Source: Leptospira biflexa
GTDB lineage: Bacteria > Spirochaetota > Leptospiria > Turneriellales > DYLW01
DNA length: 62,399 nucleotides
Direction of reading: 5' to 3'
Assembly (NCBI GenBank): GCA_020721865.1
Contig: DYLW01000013.1
Location: forward strand, 1 to 62,399
The translations under genes were made by a program, and so were the position numbers. Numbering within the stretch: position 1 is the stretch's first letter; each line of letters opens with the position of its first letter. The notes under the pieces were generated by a model. That model searched no databases and was not told the DNA's origin. It saw nothing but the letters and a program-made list of their open reading frames with translations. Of the stretch, positions 28,204 through 38,720 are shown one piece after another.

Positions 28204-31200
28204 GCCACCACTATGGTTCCCCGGTATCTCTCTTTCCCGGCCTCAATGGAATAGATATACAGTCCGCCGTGCACCAGTTTCCCTTGGGTATCATAGCCAT
28301 CCCAGAAAATCTGCCCGCTCTGGAATTCTCCGGATTTTTCAAATTCGGCCACTTTTTTGCCACTCATATCAAAAATAGCCACCTTAAATTTGGGATAACT
28401 CTGATCCAGACTGAACTGGAGAGCCATACGGTTAAAATAGCGGCTGCCCCGTCCCGGTGTGAACACACGCGGGTTGATCACCACATCGCTGATGGCACCG
28501 CCTCCGGGGGAGGAGCCATAGACCCCGTAATAGCGGGTGAGGGTGGAGATGCCCACTTTAATGGAATTGGTATCCGGATTGGCTTTGCCACCTAATTTCA
28601 CCCAGTAGTTCCGGTATGGATCAAAGGAGAAGACCGCAAGCTGGCTCTCTGACCACCCATTGGCCGCGATGTCCGCTTCATCATACCACAGCTCCAGTGT
28701 GGATTCCACGGAGGTCTCATTGATGCCTTTATCATTTTCCCGGTGGAACAGGTCGATGTTTTCCAGCACCGTTCCGGCGGAATTATACAGATTCAGAATA
28801 TATACCGGGGCCAGATTGATGGAGGCCGGGGAGGCAATTTTCTCTTTTCCGGATGCCAGAGCACTTTCTATCTCATAGCGTTTGGCGTCGGAGCCAGACC
28901 GCAGATCGCCAATATTGGTGCAACTGGCACGGACGGTGAAGGTTTCATTCACTCCATCCGGGGGGACAGTCACCCGTGCACAGATGGACGCCCCATCCCG
29001 TGCCACGGCAATATTATCCTCCGTTCCACCCACCGTAAACGGGGCTTCCTTGAGAACGTATGGCTCCACGAGGGTTCCGATGTCCAGCTTTTTCCCCCTC
29101 TGGAGGCGGACAGGTACCCGCAACGCGGAGTATTTGGGGGCGGTAAAACTCAGGATCACATCCCTTGTGGCCGTACAGGTGGCCTCATTGTTATAGTCCG
29201 TGCACAGAGGAATCACCCCGGCGGAAATCCCAGAGACGGTGTTGTCATTGTCCCAAGTTCCGGAAAACTCAAATGCCCCGGTTCCAGCCACCGTGGTAAT
29301 ACCGATGGGAGAATTGCCATAATCCATGAGGGGATTTCCGGCAGAATCCAGCACACTCACGCTCACCTCCAGAGGCTCTTCTTTGGGGTTTTTAAACGGA
29401 GTGACGATTCCTTTCACATAGCCATAGGGGGCTTTTGCTATCCGGAAGTCCTGGGTTTCTCCGCTGGCGGCGGTGAAGATGGAGCGATAGCATTTTTCCG
29501 TGCCGTCCTTGAGATCATTCTTCAGGTTGTCGTTGTTTGTATTGGGACACGAAGACAAATCGTCCGTGGTATTGAAATAGCGGGTTTCCATGGTGAGGGT
29601 GGTTTCATTGGCATCGGTGAGAGTGCCTGTCAGAGGGATGGTCAGAATATCCGTTTCCCCGGCTGCAAGCCCTCCGCCGGCAAGACTGGAATAATCTACC
29701 AGCAGAATGGGGTCAGTGGCATCCAGAGACACCGCTCCACCTTTTGCGGAGACGACCGTTGTCTGAGTCACTATCGGAGATGCCCCACCAAATAAATGGT
29801 GCGGCACGCGGATGGCCACCGCTTTGGTGGGGGCTCCCTTGGGACGGATGCGGTATTTGAGAGTATGGGCGATGGTGGCTGTCCCGGAGACTTTGGTCAG
29901 ATGGAACAGATTCTTTCCTTCAGAAATATCGGAATACATCACGCCTTCCGGGTAGATAAAGTCATGCAACAGTGTCTGGCCGGAGGGAGGAGTCAGAACC
30001 TTCACGTTGGCATTGGAACTGTTATACATCACGTCGTCCGCTGTTCCCGTGGAAACAGCCTCGCTGTTCGTGACCATCACTTCATAAGCCTGGGCATTTT
30101 CCGGGGGATTCAGCAGCTTATAATCCACGGGGATGGAGAGCATGAGTCTTTGCTGGCCTTGAAATTTATCGTTGTTATATTTAATGGTGATGATTTTATT
30201 TCCCTCCGCATCATCGACTGCCGTCAGGGTGGCATCGGCGGTGCTGATCAAACCACTGGCCGTGGTATGCAACCCGCCATCACAACCACCCGCAGTCTGA
30301 TTAAAAGAAGTCGTATAAACAGACGCATCAGAATTAATACAGTGATTATCTTTGAAATAATCTTCATTGTTCCCCGGTGGTTCCAAAACCCCTCCCGTAG
30401 TAGAGTCTTTTTTCGGAATCTTGATCTTCACGCCCCGTATGTCATTCTGTGTGGAGCCGGGGTTATTGATTACAATTCGGATTTTTCGCCGTTTATTCAA
30501 GTCTGTATGCCAACCGTTAGCACTCAGGGCATGGATGGTGGGATCGCTGTTATTGAAACCTGTGAAATTTACCCCACCGGTTGTCTTCAGTTGCAGATCC
30601 CCGGAATAGATATACGCTTCCCCCGCGGGGGCGGGACGCTTCATGGAGATATAATCACTTTTTCCGGAAAGGATGCTCGCCACATAGGGACCGGAGGTAT
30701 AGCGGGTGTTGTAGTTTACCTCCACCACAAATTTATCCCCGGCAGCGGCAGGGTTGGGATAGAGATCCGCACTTCCGGCGGCGATTCCTGTCCCCAGATC
30801 CGTGAATTTAAAGGTGACATAGTCATTGGCCTGTCCGGAAGGGAAAATCCGCCCATCGTCCGTGGGATTGGCACTGTCCCGGCAGAGCTCCACCTGCACA
30901 ATCTGAAGGGTGGTATTAACCTGGGTGGCTTCGGCATCGTCCGTGCAACCGGAAAGGCAGTGGAAATACTTCTGGTTATTCGTGCTGTCCGGACAGGATG
31001 TGGCGTTTTTATAGGTGAAATCCGTTCCGCCGGGATTGTGTCCCACCAGAGACAGCTTGCCGGATGTGGATGTGAACACATTCGCCGGTACCGTTATCTT
31101 TACTTTCTCTACCAGAGAGCCCTCATGTCCGGTATTTCTCACGATCACATTGGCTTTATGGGTGGTCTCCGTGTTGTAGAGCATATTCATATTTCCGTTT

Positions 31201-34200
31201 TCCCCGGCGTTCACATCCCCTTTCTCCACATAGAACTCGGAGGCGGTACCGGGCTGGTAATAGTGTAATGTGAGGGCACGGTTGGTGTTCGCGGAACTTT
31301 CCGCAACTGGAGAAGTGGCCACCGCCAGATTTTCCACTCCGTTTACGTCATTGGTGACGCTCACCGCAAAGAGAGCGGAAGGCGAGCCCGGCAGAGTGCC
31401 CACCCGGGTCATCGCAAAGTTGATTTTCAAGAGGTCATCTTTGGTAAATACACCATCCGTAAACTGGATGACCAGAGTATTGTTATCGGGGTCGTTATTC
31501 ACAATGGTGTAATCAGTACCTCCACCGGTCAGGAGGGAATTAGCTCCCTCCGGATCTTTTCTGATGGAAACTCCGGAATCATCCTCAATGGTGGAAATCA
31601 GGGCTGCCGGAGCAGTAATTTTTACATAGCGGATATTATTGGATACAATATCCGTGGTGTTCTGCACATATACGCTGAATTCACCATCATCGATGGTGGT
31701 ATCCGCCAAATCTCCCCAGGACGGGAAATCCTCTCCCAGGTGGTTGTATTTATTATCAAAACGAGTGGTGTTATTGGAAATATAGGCTGTGGCACTCATG
31801 GGAGGACGGATGAACTCCGTGGCTATGGATGTACCGGTAAACACATTGGCACTGGCATTTACCCAGTCGCCACCGTCGGGGGAATCTTTGTCGTAATCCG
31901 TATCCGCCAGGGCGTTCGTGGAACCATCGTCGTAATATACCCGCACATTCCAGTCATAACTGGCGATGTCAAAATTCGCCGGGGTTGCTTCTTTCTTGAA
32001 CTGGAAGGTCACATCATCCAGACTGCCGGCAGCGATGGAGCTGGACGATCCCTCATAATTTAGCACGATGGGATCGCCACAGTTTGCAGGAGTGGCCACC
32101 GCTCCGATGACACTGGACTGGATGGTCCCGTTCACAATACAAAACGAATTCGGCACCAGAATCTTTGCCCGGCGGATGGTCTTCCCCGTGCCGGCAGCAT
32201 TCTCATTCTGGATACGATAGGTGACCGTGGGGGTCTGGTTGATGTTATACAGTTTCACCGGATTCCCGGGCGAAGTGGTGTTTTTATCTTCAGAGGAGGA
32301 AAGCTGGACTTTGGGCATTTTCACCACATACAGATGGCGGGTGTTGCCGCTTCCTCCCAGTGTACCGGGATCATAGACCACCGTCTCTCCCGCATCGGAG
32401 TCATTTTCCGCATATACGATAAATTCATAGTCCTTTTCCGTGGAGATATCATTGGACAGTGTAAAATTGATGGTGTCTGTCCCCGTGGCTGCCAGATTCC
32501 CCGCCCCATAATCCACAATGATACACTTGGCATAGTCCGCGTGGTGTGCGGTCACATTGGCATGGCAGTCACCCACGGAAGCCGTGGCTCCACTGGTGGC
32601 GGAAACACCGGATATTTTCCCGTTCAGCTCGGAGGGGATGCCAATCTGGACGGCGTAGATGGCATTATTGCCCAAACCTTCGTTTTTAATACTATACTTC
32701 ATGGGATGAGCCACGGCAGAGCTCTGCGTGAGGGCAAAGGAACGCACCAGATATCCGGAGACGTATGCCTTGGGCCGGGCAATAGAAACTTCCACCGAAC
32801 CGGTGGAAGCAGCCCACTGGGCAGCAGTGGCCGCCTCAATATGGGCGTATGTGGCCTGGGTATCACTGGGATAGAATGTGCTATTCTCCACTCCCAGCTC
32901 ATTCTGTGCCCGTGCCCGCAACCCAATGGCCGTGCCTCCGGCAATAGCCTGATAATGCCCCATCTTAAACTGGATATACGTATCATCCGTTGCCGATGGA
33001 TCAATCCCGCCCGATGCGTGACCAGTAAAGTCGCAGTCGACGTATTTGGCTCCCCCCGCATCACTGCGGGAATAGGTGGCGTCTGCGTTACAGGAAATCC
33101 CGCCCGTGGTACCGCTGATAGCACCCGTCACCGTTGTAAATGCATGGGAAGCGTCCCCGGCAATCCCGCCTGCCCCGCTGGTCAGGGCTCCCGCCCCGGC
33201 GGTATCCCAGGCAGCTTCGGAGCCGTTCCGCAGATAAATACGGACTTTCTGGAGCTTAGTGCCGGGCAACCCCAGGTTTTTCAGATAATAGCGGATGGTA
33301 TTTTCTTTGCTTCCGTTGTCCCATGCCACGTTGATGTCCAGCTTGAGGGGGTCGCTTTCATTGTCATCGGCATCGGCAAGAGTATCGGGCTTATGGATCA
33401 CTTTAGCATAACCCACGGCGGTCAGGGGTTGGTTCACGAACGCAATGTCATTGGCACCGGAGATCTTCTCCACGGTTGCCATGCGGTTTTCTGGGGCGGG
33501 AGTCCCGGAATTGGATACCGTGGAAGTAAACGAGACTGTCCCTTTCGCAGAATTGCCTTCATCGGCGGTGAACACAATCTCATCGTTTTCCCCCGGAGCC
33601 AGGAAGGGGGAGGCGTAGGTGACTGTCACCACATTTCCCGCCAGCGTGACTGTCCCCCCTTTGATGGACTGGAGATTGGCAATACTGGAGAAGGTGGCCG
33701 GCACCGTAATTGTTACTTCCTTGATGACGTTTTCCACATTCGTGGGGTCTTCCACGGTGGAGGGGTTATATATAAGGTAGGAAAATTTCACGTTGTTGTT
33801 GCAACTGGTCACGTATAATTCCCTTGTATTCGATGGGGTGGCCACATAGTTGCTGCTGCATCCCGCCCCGGCATTGGTATAGGAGAACGTGGGGTGGCGG
33901 GTGATCTCGCTTTTGGCACGGGCGGCGGGGGAAACCCAGGTGAGAGCCAGAAGGCCGGAGCCATCCTTGGTGTATGCGTTATCCTGCAGAGCGTCTCCGT
34001 TTCCGTTGTCCACATAGCCATTAAACGTGAGTTCCTGGTTTGCACTCAGACTGGGGATATTATCCTCAATGGTAAACTGGATCTGGGCAATGTTATTGTC
34101 CCCTCCCAGAAGCCCCAGAAGGTTATTTCCACTCTGGCCGGACACATCATTCAACTGCACCACATAGCATTTGTCCACATTGGTAATGTTTCCACAATCG

Positions 34201-36935
34201 GCATTGGTGGTCTTGAGGCTGAAGTGGGATGGGTCGGTGGCGGACGTAAAACTGAATTGGCTGCCCCCGGAAGCGGCGGAATTCTTCACGGTGACGCTCA
34301 CATTGGATATTCCGTTAACCAAAGCCGCAGCAAAGTCGTCATCCGTGAGGTTGATCTGGAGGCGGCGGATGGAATTTCCCGCATTCCCCTGGTTGGTCAT
34401 GGTCAGAGTAACCGTCTGGTTCTGGTTATTACACAACCGCCCTGTGGTACTGGTGTCCCCGTCGTTGCACTCAGAATCCGGGGCGATCTTTACAATGGCG
34501 TTGGGTTTGGCTGGCCGTAGCTCAAAATATTGGGAATAAGTGCCAAAACTGCCGGTGGTGGCGGTGGTTCCGTTTGCCGCGTCCACTTCCGTGTTGTACA
34601 CTGTTGCGGTCAGTTTATAATATTGTCTTTGGGTGATATCCGAATTGTCCAGCTTTTTGAGCGGGGTATCGGTAATGTCCAGAATGATCTTGTCCAGTCC
34701 TCCGTTTCCGGGGATCCCGTTATCCGCCGAGGAAAACTGCACGGTGGCTCCGGTGGCATCCACGGAACAGCTTCCCACACCACAGATATTACTCTCTACC
34801 TGGCTGGTGGCAAAACTGGTCCCGGTGATCCCAAAGCCTTTGGATGTTCCGGAAGAGGTGTCCTGCACGTCCACCACCCCGCCCAGAGTCCAGGAACAAT
34901 TGGCGTTGGAAAGAGCCAGATTGTTCAGAGTACAGGTGGTTCCGTTCAGGGTGTAGTTGTACTCCCGAACCTCATAAAATATTTTATCGATATTGGAGTT
35001 ATTGGGATCCGATGGGGCCTGGATAAATGTCTGGAAATCATAGGGAACGCCCACGTACATAAAAGAGGGAGTGGTGGAGGCATAACCGGTGGGGATGTCC
35101 ATGGTTTTTATTGTAGTGGTATTATTGGCCCAGTTTGCCGTGGTGTCTCCCGCCAGGACTTTCTGCCAACTGGTGGTGGCAAAAAGCAGGCCATCGTTCC
35201 CGGTGGTATTATCCGTATGGGAAGCATCATATTTTTCATTCCCAATATAGACCACAAATTCCTTACCGGACAAGTCCGCAGTATTGGGAGCCGTAAGAGA
35301 AAATTCCACCGCAATGCGTTTTTCCGTATCCCCATTTTTAACGACGTCGTTATCTCCGCTGGACACGGAGCGGAAACGCAGGATAAGATCACTGCCACTG
35401 GCACAGACCGCTACGGAGCCATCCGCCGGCTGGCTGAATGTACAGGTGGTGCCCCGGTTATCCAGAGTAAGTTTCTTCACGTTTGCATAGCTGGTGGTTC
35501 CATCGCTGAACGCCGCCCCTCCTCCATGCGTGGAGTACACTCCGATATTGGCGGTATCCCAGGCTCCGGAGAAGGTGGAGGGTTTCACGATCTTAACTTC
35601 CGCAATCCCGGCGTCGTTGGCATTGATGGTGGGACTGATCAGCATCTTGAATGCCGTGGAGGTATCTTTCCGGACTTTGGTGGGGCTCATCTCCACTTTA
35701 GTGTCTGCCACATCTCCATCCGCCACGGAACGGACTAAGAGGTTATCCAGCTCCACCCAGTGCATTTCCGTATCCCTTCGTGGAGTCTCCACCCCCAGCA
35801 TGAAATTCATATTGTCTGTAAAAGTGGCTCCGACCGAACCAATGCGGATATATTCGTTGGGGAGAGCGTCGTAATTTCCATCCCCCTCAATGGGATTGGG
35901 GTTTGCATAAAAATAAAGAGTGTTTCCGTTATGGACAATCCGGATTCCCACCGGATTCACATTGGCGGCATTTGTGTTATGTATTGCATCTGTAAAATTA
36001 CCACTGTCATCTAACTGCCCGCCACCACCATCAGCAGTAGCTGTGGAATAGTAATCATCGTAATTCCATTGAAGAGGGGCTCCGGACAAATCCTGGGATT
36101 GACCATCCGGACGAACCGACGTGGAAAGATTGAAATCGGCTTCCGCAGAGGTGTAATAGCCCCACTCGCTCACCGGACTTCCCAATACCGGTTTCCAGGC
36201 ATAATATTTTTCATACAACCCCACAATATTGGTGAAAGGATGCGGTGGGATATTCCCATTGTTAAAAACCCCCGCCTCCGGCTGGTACAAATAGAACATG
36301 AACGCATTCTGGTGACGCTGGGATTCGTCGTTACTATTATCATCGCTGGGATCCAGGCGTGTCTTTACTTTTATTATCTGGATACCAAAAGGCTGGTTAG
36401 ACGACGCTGCATAGCTGGTTCCATGGTACACCGCCATTTTCCCCGTCCACACAGTCCAGTTATAGGCATCAATTTCCCCGTCGTCCCCACCCTCTGTAGT
36501 TATACTACCTGTGCCTCCGGTAAACGTGAGCAACCCATTACCCCCGTTATTGATCCGGAACAGAATGTCAGTACCCGACTGAGAATTATAAGACCCCTCC
36601 CGTCCATACGCAACCCCCCGGTTGGCATTGTCCCAGGTATCTGCGGTTCCGGCGGTGGCATTGCTCCAGCCAGCAGTGGGTACAGCAGAGAAATCTTCAT
36701 ACTTATACAAACTCTCCGCCCGGAGTGAGGAGAAGGTGACAGTCACCAGGAGAAGAGTGACTGTCACCCCAGGGGAAAACATGGGAAACAAGATTTTTGG
36801 CAAGGAGAAGGATTTTATTAATGATAACAGTCTATGAAAAATCAGCCACAACCCGGATGGCCACTCCGGGAGAGTCCCACGGTTTTTATGATGCACCCCA
36901 TTATAGAATTTTTCTTTATAAATATTTTTGCACAT
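28197..36935 (-). CDS. Giant (~2,910-aa) secreted Ig-like repeat protein with a FlgD-Ig/T9SS-type C-terminal domain (paralogue A)
   Basis: Same architecture as paralogue B. Signal peptide ends ..TFSSLRA. C-terminus INPRVFTP..IFDMSGKKV..WDGYDTQG..GGLYIYSI..RGTIVVAR. Start is uncertain (36977, 36935 with SD GGAG, or 36782). Confidence 0.9.
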   Translation of the reverse strand: MCKNIYKEKFYNGVHHKNRGTLPEWPSGLWLIFHRLLSLIKSFSLPKILFPMFSPGVTVTLLLVTVTFSSLRAESLYKYEDFSAVPTAGWSNATAGTADTWDNANRGVAYGREGSYNSQSGTDILFRINNGGNGLLTFTGGTGSITTEGGDDGEIDAYNWTVWTGKMAVYHGTSYAASSNQPFGIQIIKVKTRLDPSDDNSNDESQRHQNAFMFYLYQPEAGVFNNGNIPPHPFTNIVGLYEKYYAWKPVLGSPVSEWGYYTSAEADFNLSTSVRPDGQSQDLSGAPLQWNYDDYYSTATADGGGGQLDDSGNFTDAIHNTNAANVNPVGIRIVHNGNTLYFYANPNPIEGDGNYDALPNEYIRIGSVGATFTDNMNFMLGVETPRRDTEMHWVELDNLLVRSVADGDVADTKVEMSPTKVRKDTSTAFKMLISPTINANDAGIAEVKIVKPSTFSGAWDTANIGVYSTHGGGAAFSDGTTSYANVKKLTLDNRGTTCTFSQPADGSVAVCASGSDLILRFRSVSSGDNDVVKNGDTEKRIAVEFSLTAPNTADLSGKEFVVYIGNEKYDASHTDNTTGNDGLLFATTSWQKVLAGDTTANWANNTTTIKTMDIPTGYASTTPSFMYVGVPYDFQTFIQAPSDPNNSNIDKIFYEVREYNYTLNGTTCTLNNLALSNANCSWTLGGVVDVQDTSSGTSKGFGITGTSFATSQVESNICGVGSCSVDATGATVQFSSADNGIPGNGGLDKIILDITDTPLKKLDNSDITQRQYYKLTATVYNTEVDAANGTTATTGSFGTYSQYFELRPAKPNAIVKIAPDSECNDGDTSTTGRLCNNQNQTVTLTMTNQGNAGNSIRRLQINLTDDDFAAALVNGISNVSVTVKNSAASGGSQFSFTSATDPSHFSLKTTNADCGNITNVDKCYVVQLNDVSGQSGNNLLGLLGGDNNIAQIQFTIEDNIPSLSANQELTFNGYVDNGNGDALQDNAYTKDGSGLLALTWVSPAARAKSEITRHPTFSYTNAGAGCSSNYVATPSNTRELYVTSCNNNVKFSYLIYNPSTVEDPTNVENVIKEVTITVPATFSSIANLQSIKGGTVTLAGNVVTVTYASPFLAPGENDEIVFTADEGNSAKGTVSFTSTVSNSGTPAPENRMATVEKISGANDIAFVNQPLTAVGYAKVIHKPDTLADADDNESDPLKLDINVAWDNGSKENTIRYYLKNLGLPGTKLQKVRIYLRNGSEAAWDTAGAGALTSGAGGIAGDASHAFTTVTGAISGTTGGISCNADATYSRSDAGGAKYVDCDFTGHASGGIDPSATDDTYIQFKMGHYQAIAGGTAIGLRARAQNELGVENSTFYPSDTQATYAHIEAATAAQWAASTGSVEVSIARPKAYVSGYLVRSFALTQSSAVAHPMKYSIKNEGLGNNAIYAVQIGIPSELNGKISGVSATSGATASVGDCHANVTAHHADYAKCIIVDYGAGNLAATGTDTINFTLSNDISTEKDYEFIVYAENDSDAGETVVYDPGTLGGSGNTRHLYVVKMPKVQLSSSEDKNTTSPGNPVKLYNINQTPTVTYRIQNENAAGTGKTIRRAKILVPNSFCIVNGTIQSSVIGAVATPANCGDPIVLNYEGSSSSIAAGSLDDVTFQFKKEATPANFDIASYDWNVRVYYDDGSTNALADTDYDKDSPDGGDWVNASANVFTGTSIATEFIRPPMSATAYISNNTTRFDNKYNHLGEDFPSWGDLADTTIDDGEFSVYVQNTTDIVSNNIRYVKITAPAALISTIEDDSGVSIRKDPEGANSLLTGGGTDYTIVNNDPDNNTLVIQFTDGVFTKDDLLKINFAMTRVGTLPGSPSALFAVSVTNDVNGVENLAVATSPVAESSANTNRALTLHYYQPGTASEFYVEKGDVNAGENGNMNMLYNTETTHKANVIVRNTGHEGSLVEKVKITVPANVFTSTSGKLSLVGHNPGGTDFTYKNATSCPDSTNNQKYFHCLSGCTDDAEATQVNTTLQIVQVELCRDSANPTDDGRIFPSGQANDYVTFKFTDLGTGIAAGSADLYPNPAAAGDKFVVEVNYNTRYTSGPYVASILSGKSDYISMKRPAPAGEAYIYSGDLQLKTTGGVNFTGFNNSDPTIHALSANGWHTDLNKRRKIRIVINNPGSTQNDIRGVKIKIPKKDSTTGGVLEPPGNNEDYFKDNHCINSDASVYTTSFNQTAGGCDGGLHTTASGLISTADATLTAVDDAEGNKIITIKYNNDKFQGQQRLMLSIPVDYKLLNPPENAQAYEVMVTNSEAVSTGTADDVMYNSSNANVKVLTPPSGQTLLHDFIYPEGVMYSDISEGKNLFHLTKVSGTATIAHTLKYRIRPKGAPTKAVAIRVPHHLFGGASPIVTQTTVVSAKGGAVSLDATDPILLVDYSSLAGGGLAAGETDILTIPLTGTLTDANETTLTMETRYFNTTDDLSSCPNTNNDNLKNDLKDGTEKCYRSIFTAASGETQDFRIAKAPYGYVKGIVTPFKNPKEEPLEVSVSVLDSAGNPLMDYGNSPIGITTVAGTGAFEFSGTWDNDNTVSGISAGVIPLCTDYNNEATCTATRDVILSFTAPKYSALRVPVRLQRGKKLDIGTLVEPYVLKEAPFTVGGTEDNIAVARDGASICARVTVPPDGVNETFTVRASCTNIGDLRSGSDAKRYEIESALASGKEKIASPASINLAPVYILNLYNSAGTVLENIDLFHRENDKGINETSVESTLELWYDEADIAANGWSESQLAVFSFDPYRNYWVKLGGKANPDTNSIKVGISTLTRYYGVYGSSPGGGAISDVVINPRVFTPGRGSRYFNRMALQFSLDQSYPKFKVAIFDMSGKKVAEFEKSGEFQSGQIFWDGYDTQGKLVHGGLYIYSIEAGKERYRGTIVVAR

Positions 36936-37094
36936 ATCCCTTCTCCATACGGTATTATATAACGGCATTTTCCCCAATACTCAAAGAAGTGGACGCAACA
37001 GGCAACGGAAATACAACACAAATAATAATTTTTTTTACGGGGGAATTCCGCAGTAAAAGAATCGACACCGGGAATGCGGAATTTGGAATTGTCC

Positions 37095-38720
37095 ATGAAA
37101 CATACCGATTTTCTGGTGGTGGGTTCCGGTATATCCGGGCTGATTTTTGCTTTGAAAGCGTCCCAATTCGGGCAGGTGATTTTGGTCACAAAGAGACGTC
37201 TGGATGAGACATCCACATATTATGCCCAGGGTGGGATTGCGGCTGCGGTGGGGGAGACGGATGATCCCCAGAAGCATCTGGAGGACACCCTGACAGCGGG
37301 GGCGGGGTTATGTGATCCCCGTGCTGTGGAAATTCTGGTCAATGAGGGCGTGGACAGGGTCAATGAGCTGATAGAATGGGGGATGGAATTCACCCGGAAA
37401 TCCGATGGCAGTCTGGATCTGGGCAGAGAGGGTGGTCATGGTAAATCCCGGGTTCTCCGTGCGGATGATTTTACCGGACGGGAAGTGGAGAATTTCCTCA
37501 TTGACCGCCTGAAAAAAACAAGCTCGGTGATGATATTGGAAAACCACATGGCCATTGATCTGATCACGGAGCACCAGATTAATCCCTCGCTCCCCAAAGA
37601 AAATGTATACGGGGCATATATCCTGAATGATACAGAAGATAAAATTGAAATTGTCCGGGCACACTACACCGTTCTGGCCACCGGAGGCACCGGGAGGGTC
37701 TATCCGTTCACCACAAATCCCAAAGTGGCCACCGGGGATGGGATTGCCATGGCATACCGGGCGGGTTGCCGGGTTCGCAATATGGAATTTGTCCAGTTCC
37801 ACCCCACGGGGTTTTTTTCTGACCGGGATCCCGCCTTTCTGATCACAGAAGCCATGCGGGGTTTTGGCGGATATCTGCGGAACCATGCGGGCGAACGTTT
37901 CATGGAAAAATATCATCCGGATATGGAACTGGCCCCCCGTGATATTGTTGCCCGTGCCATTGACTCCGAACTCAAGCGAACCGGGGATGACAGTGTTTAT
38001 CTGGATGTTACGCACCGGAATGCAGATGAAATCATCGCCCATTTTCCGAATATATACAGGACACTCAAAGAGGAATTCCATCTGGATATTACCCGGGAGA
38101 TGATTCCGGTGGTACCGGTGGCCCATTACCAGTGTGGGGGTATTCTGACCGATTATGATGGCCGGACGGATTTGAATTTTCTCTACGCAGTGGGGGAAAC
38201 GGCTTCCACGGGGATTCACGGCGGAAACCGTCTGGCGTCCAACTCCCTGCTGGAGGGTCTGGTCTTTGCGGACAGGGCGGCACGGGATATAAAGAAGCGG
38301 CTGCAGGCGGGAGAGCATTCCATCAAAGAAAAAAATAACGGGAGCATTCCGGAGTGGATCAAAAAAAGCACGCGGTATTTTGAAGAATGGACGCTCATCA
38401 AACATGATAAGCGGGAAATCCATAATCTGATGCGGGATTATGTGGGCATTGTCCGGTCCGATTTGCGGCTACAGAGAGCCATCCGCCGGATCAATCTGAT
38501 TTACGAGGAAATCAATGATTTTTATTCCCGTTCCATCGTCACCCGGAAAGTGGCGGAGCTGCGGAATCTGGTTTTGGTGGCCCAATTGATCATCCGCTCC
38601 TCTCTGGCCAGAAAGGAAAGCCGGGGTCTTCACTACAGTCTGGATTATCCGGAAAAGCGGGAACCGTCCCGGGAGGATACCGTTCTGGAACCCAGTTCGT
38701 ACCCAAAGAAAAACAGTTAG
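37095..38720 (+). CDS. nadB: L-aspartate oxidase
   Basis: LVVGSGISGL, YAQGGIAA, LGREGGH, LATGG, EFVQFHPT, ELAPRDIVAR, HYQCGG and HGGNRLASNSLLEG. Confidence 0.96.
   Translation: MKHTDFLVVGSGISGLIFALKASQFGQVILVTKRRLDETSTYYAQGGIAAAVGETDDPQKHLEDTLTAGAGLCDPRAVEILVNEGVDRVNELIEWGMEFTRKSDGSLDLGREGGHGKSRVLRADDFTGREVENFLIDRLKKTSSVMILENHMAIDLITEHQINPSLPKENVYGAYILNDTEDKIEIVRAHYTVLATGGTGRVYPFTTNPKVATGDGIAMAYRAGCRVRNMEFVQFHPTGFFSDRDPAFLITEAMRGFGGYLRNHAGERFMEKYHPDMELAPRDIVARAIDSELKRTGDDSVYLDVTHRNADEIIAHFPNIYRTLKEEFHLDITREMIPVVPVAHYQCGGILTDYDGRTDLNFLYAVGETASTGIHGGNRLASNSLLEGLVFADRAARDIKKRLQAGEHSIKEKNNGSIPEWIKKSTRYFEEWTLIKHDKREIHNLMRDYVGIVRSDLRLQRAIRRINLIYEEINDFYSRSIVTRKVAELRNLVLVAQLIIRSSLARKESRGLHYSLDYPEKREPSREDTVLEPSSYPKKNS

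Noticed and set aside
19679-36728. Long plus-strand ORFs opposite the giant genes (e.g. 20840-22387, 29796-31268, 32334-33818)
   Set aside because: Antisense shadow ORFs arising from codon bias of the real minus-strand genes. They have Ile/Arg/Gly/His-rich composition and no motifs.
19304-36977. DGR target, CRISPR array or nucleotide-level tandem repeats in the giant genes
   Set aside because: No reverse transcriptase or cas genes, and no near-identical DNA repeats were evident. The repeats are recognisable only at protein level.
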